From a virus (Duplodnaviria > Caudoviricetes): a stretch of DNA of 34,624 nt. The notes under the pieces were generated by a model. That model was not told where the DNA came from. It worked only from the letters and a program-made list of their open reading frames with translations, and ran no database searches. Positions 34,165-34,624 of this stretch are shown one piece after another. How positions within the stretch are numbered: position 1 is the stretch's first letter; each line of letters opens with the position of its first letter. Position numbers and translations under genes: made by a program. The DNA lies in IMG/VR virus record IMGVR_UViG_3300043171_000124, positions 1-34,624 of that record. One strand, written 5' to 3'.

Positions 34165-34272
34165 TTACTTGTTTCTACAGACATCACATCTTTTTAGTTT
34201 TACTTTTTTCGTTCTAAATGCCTTTTTACACTTAGAACAAATTTTTTCGTAAGTTTTTAAGATGCATCCCAT
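34165..34272 (-). CDS. 35-aa basic zinc-ribbon protein (not in ORF track)
   Basis: MGCILKTYEKICSKCKKAFRTKKVKLKRCDVCRNK; SD AAGG. Confidence 0.55.
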   Translation of the reverse strand: MGCILKTYEKICSKCKKAFRTKKVKLKRCDVCRNK

Positions 34273-34283
34273 AGAGCCTTCCT

Positions 34284-34624
34284 TTAAAATACTTTACGCT
34301 GGATAGTCATTGTTGAACTAGTTATTAAAAGACTAATTGAACCACTATCTGCAAATGCGTATAATTCTAAAAAATCTGCCTCATCATATTCAAAATCCCC
34401 TATATATGTAAACTGAACTGCTTTGCCTGTTCCACGACCTTGTAAATTCGCCTTTGCGCCAGTTGGATTGCCATTCTTATATAGTTCTATTGTCATATCA
34501 TTTGATGATGAAAACTCTGCAGTTATTGTTCCATATACATTATACACCCCTGCTTTTTCAATTGTGAATTTATGTGTATGAACAGACTCGCTTGTATCCA
34601 CTAGTGGGGTTACTGCTCCATTTG
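34284..34624 (-). CDS. 3' part of the junction-spanning virion protein (C1q/BclA-like beta-sandwich)
   Basis: FTIEKAGVYNVYGTI...IELYKNG...ADFLELYA resembles the C1q/TNF-like fold. Confidence 0.75.
   Translation of the reverse strand, partial: NGAVTPLVDTSESVHTHKFTIEKAGVYNVYGTITAEFSSSNDMTIELYKNGNPTGAKANLQGRGTGKAVQFTYIGDFEYDEADFLELYAFADSGSISLLITSSTMTIQRKVF
34498..34624. repeat. Terminal direct repeat (right copy)
   Basis: Identical to 1-127. Confidence 0.95.

Overview
The window is an apparently complete, circularly assembled tailed-phage genome of about 34,497 bp. Bases 1-127 are identical to 34498-34624, and one ORF reads through the junction. The morphogenesis genes are of podovirus (T7-like tail, BPP-1-like) layout: small and large terminase, portal, scaffold, major capsid, tail tubular A and B, four ejection (internal virion) proteins, tail fibre plus chaperone, and a lysis block. 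The early region has a lambdoid-style recombination kit (Gp157-like, Sak/Rad52-like, SSB, NinG), a YopX-family gene and two orphan DNA methyltransferases. I recognise no integrase, CI repressor, polymerase, primase, helicase or replication initiator. The SSB sequence, low GC and many TGnTATAAT promoters suggest a Campylobacterota host (inference). The most unusual content is non-coding. A consensus type I hammerhead ribozyme (16045-16094) is nested in a closed ~170-nt multi-stem leader 6 nt upstream of a tight tRNA-Pro/Gln/Trp array. It is followed by a two-stem pseudoknot or switch and ~400 nt of hairpin-dense ORF-free sequence. A second RNA cluster (12900-13110) holds a tRNA-like element with a broken anticodon arm and a promoter-aligned 92-nt rod RNA. 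Protein-level oddities are a phospholipase-A2-like miniprotein and a 23-aa cationic peptide in a lysis cassette without recognisable spanins, and an ADP-ribosyltransferase-like insert in an ejection protein. All calls come from motif recognition by eye; no database searches or folding programs were run.
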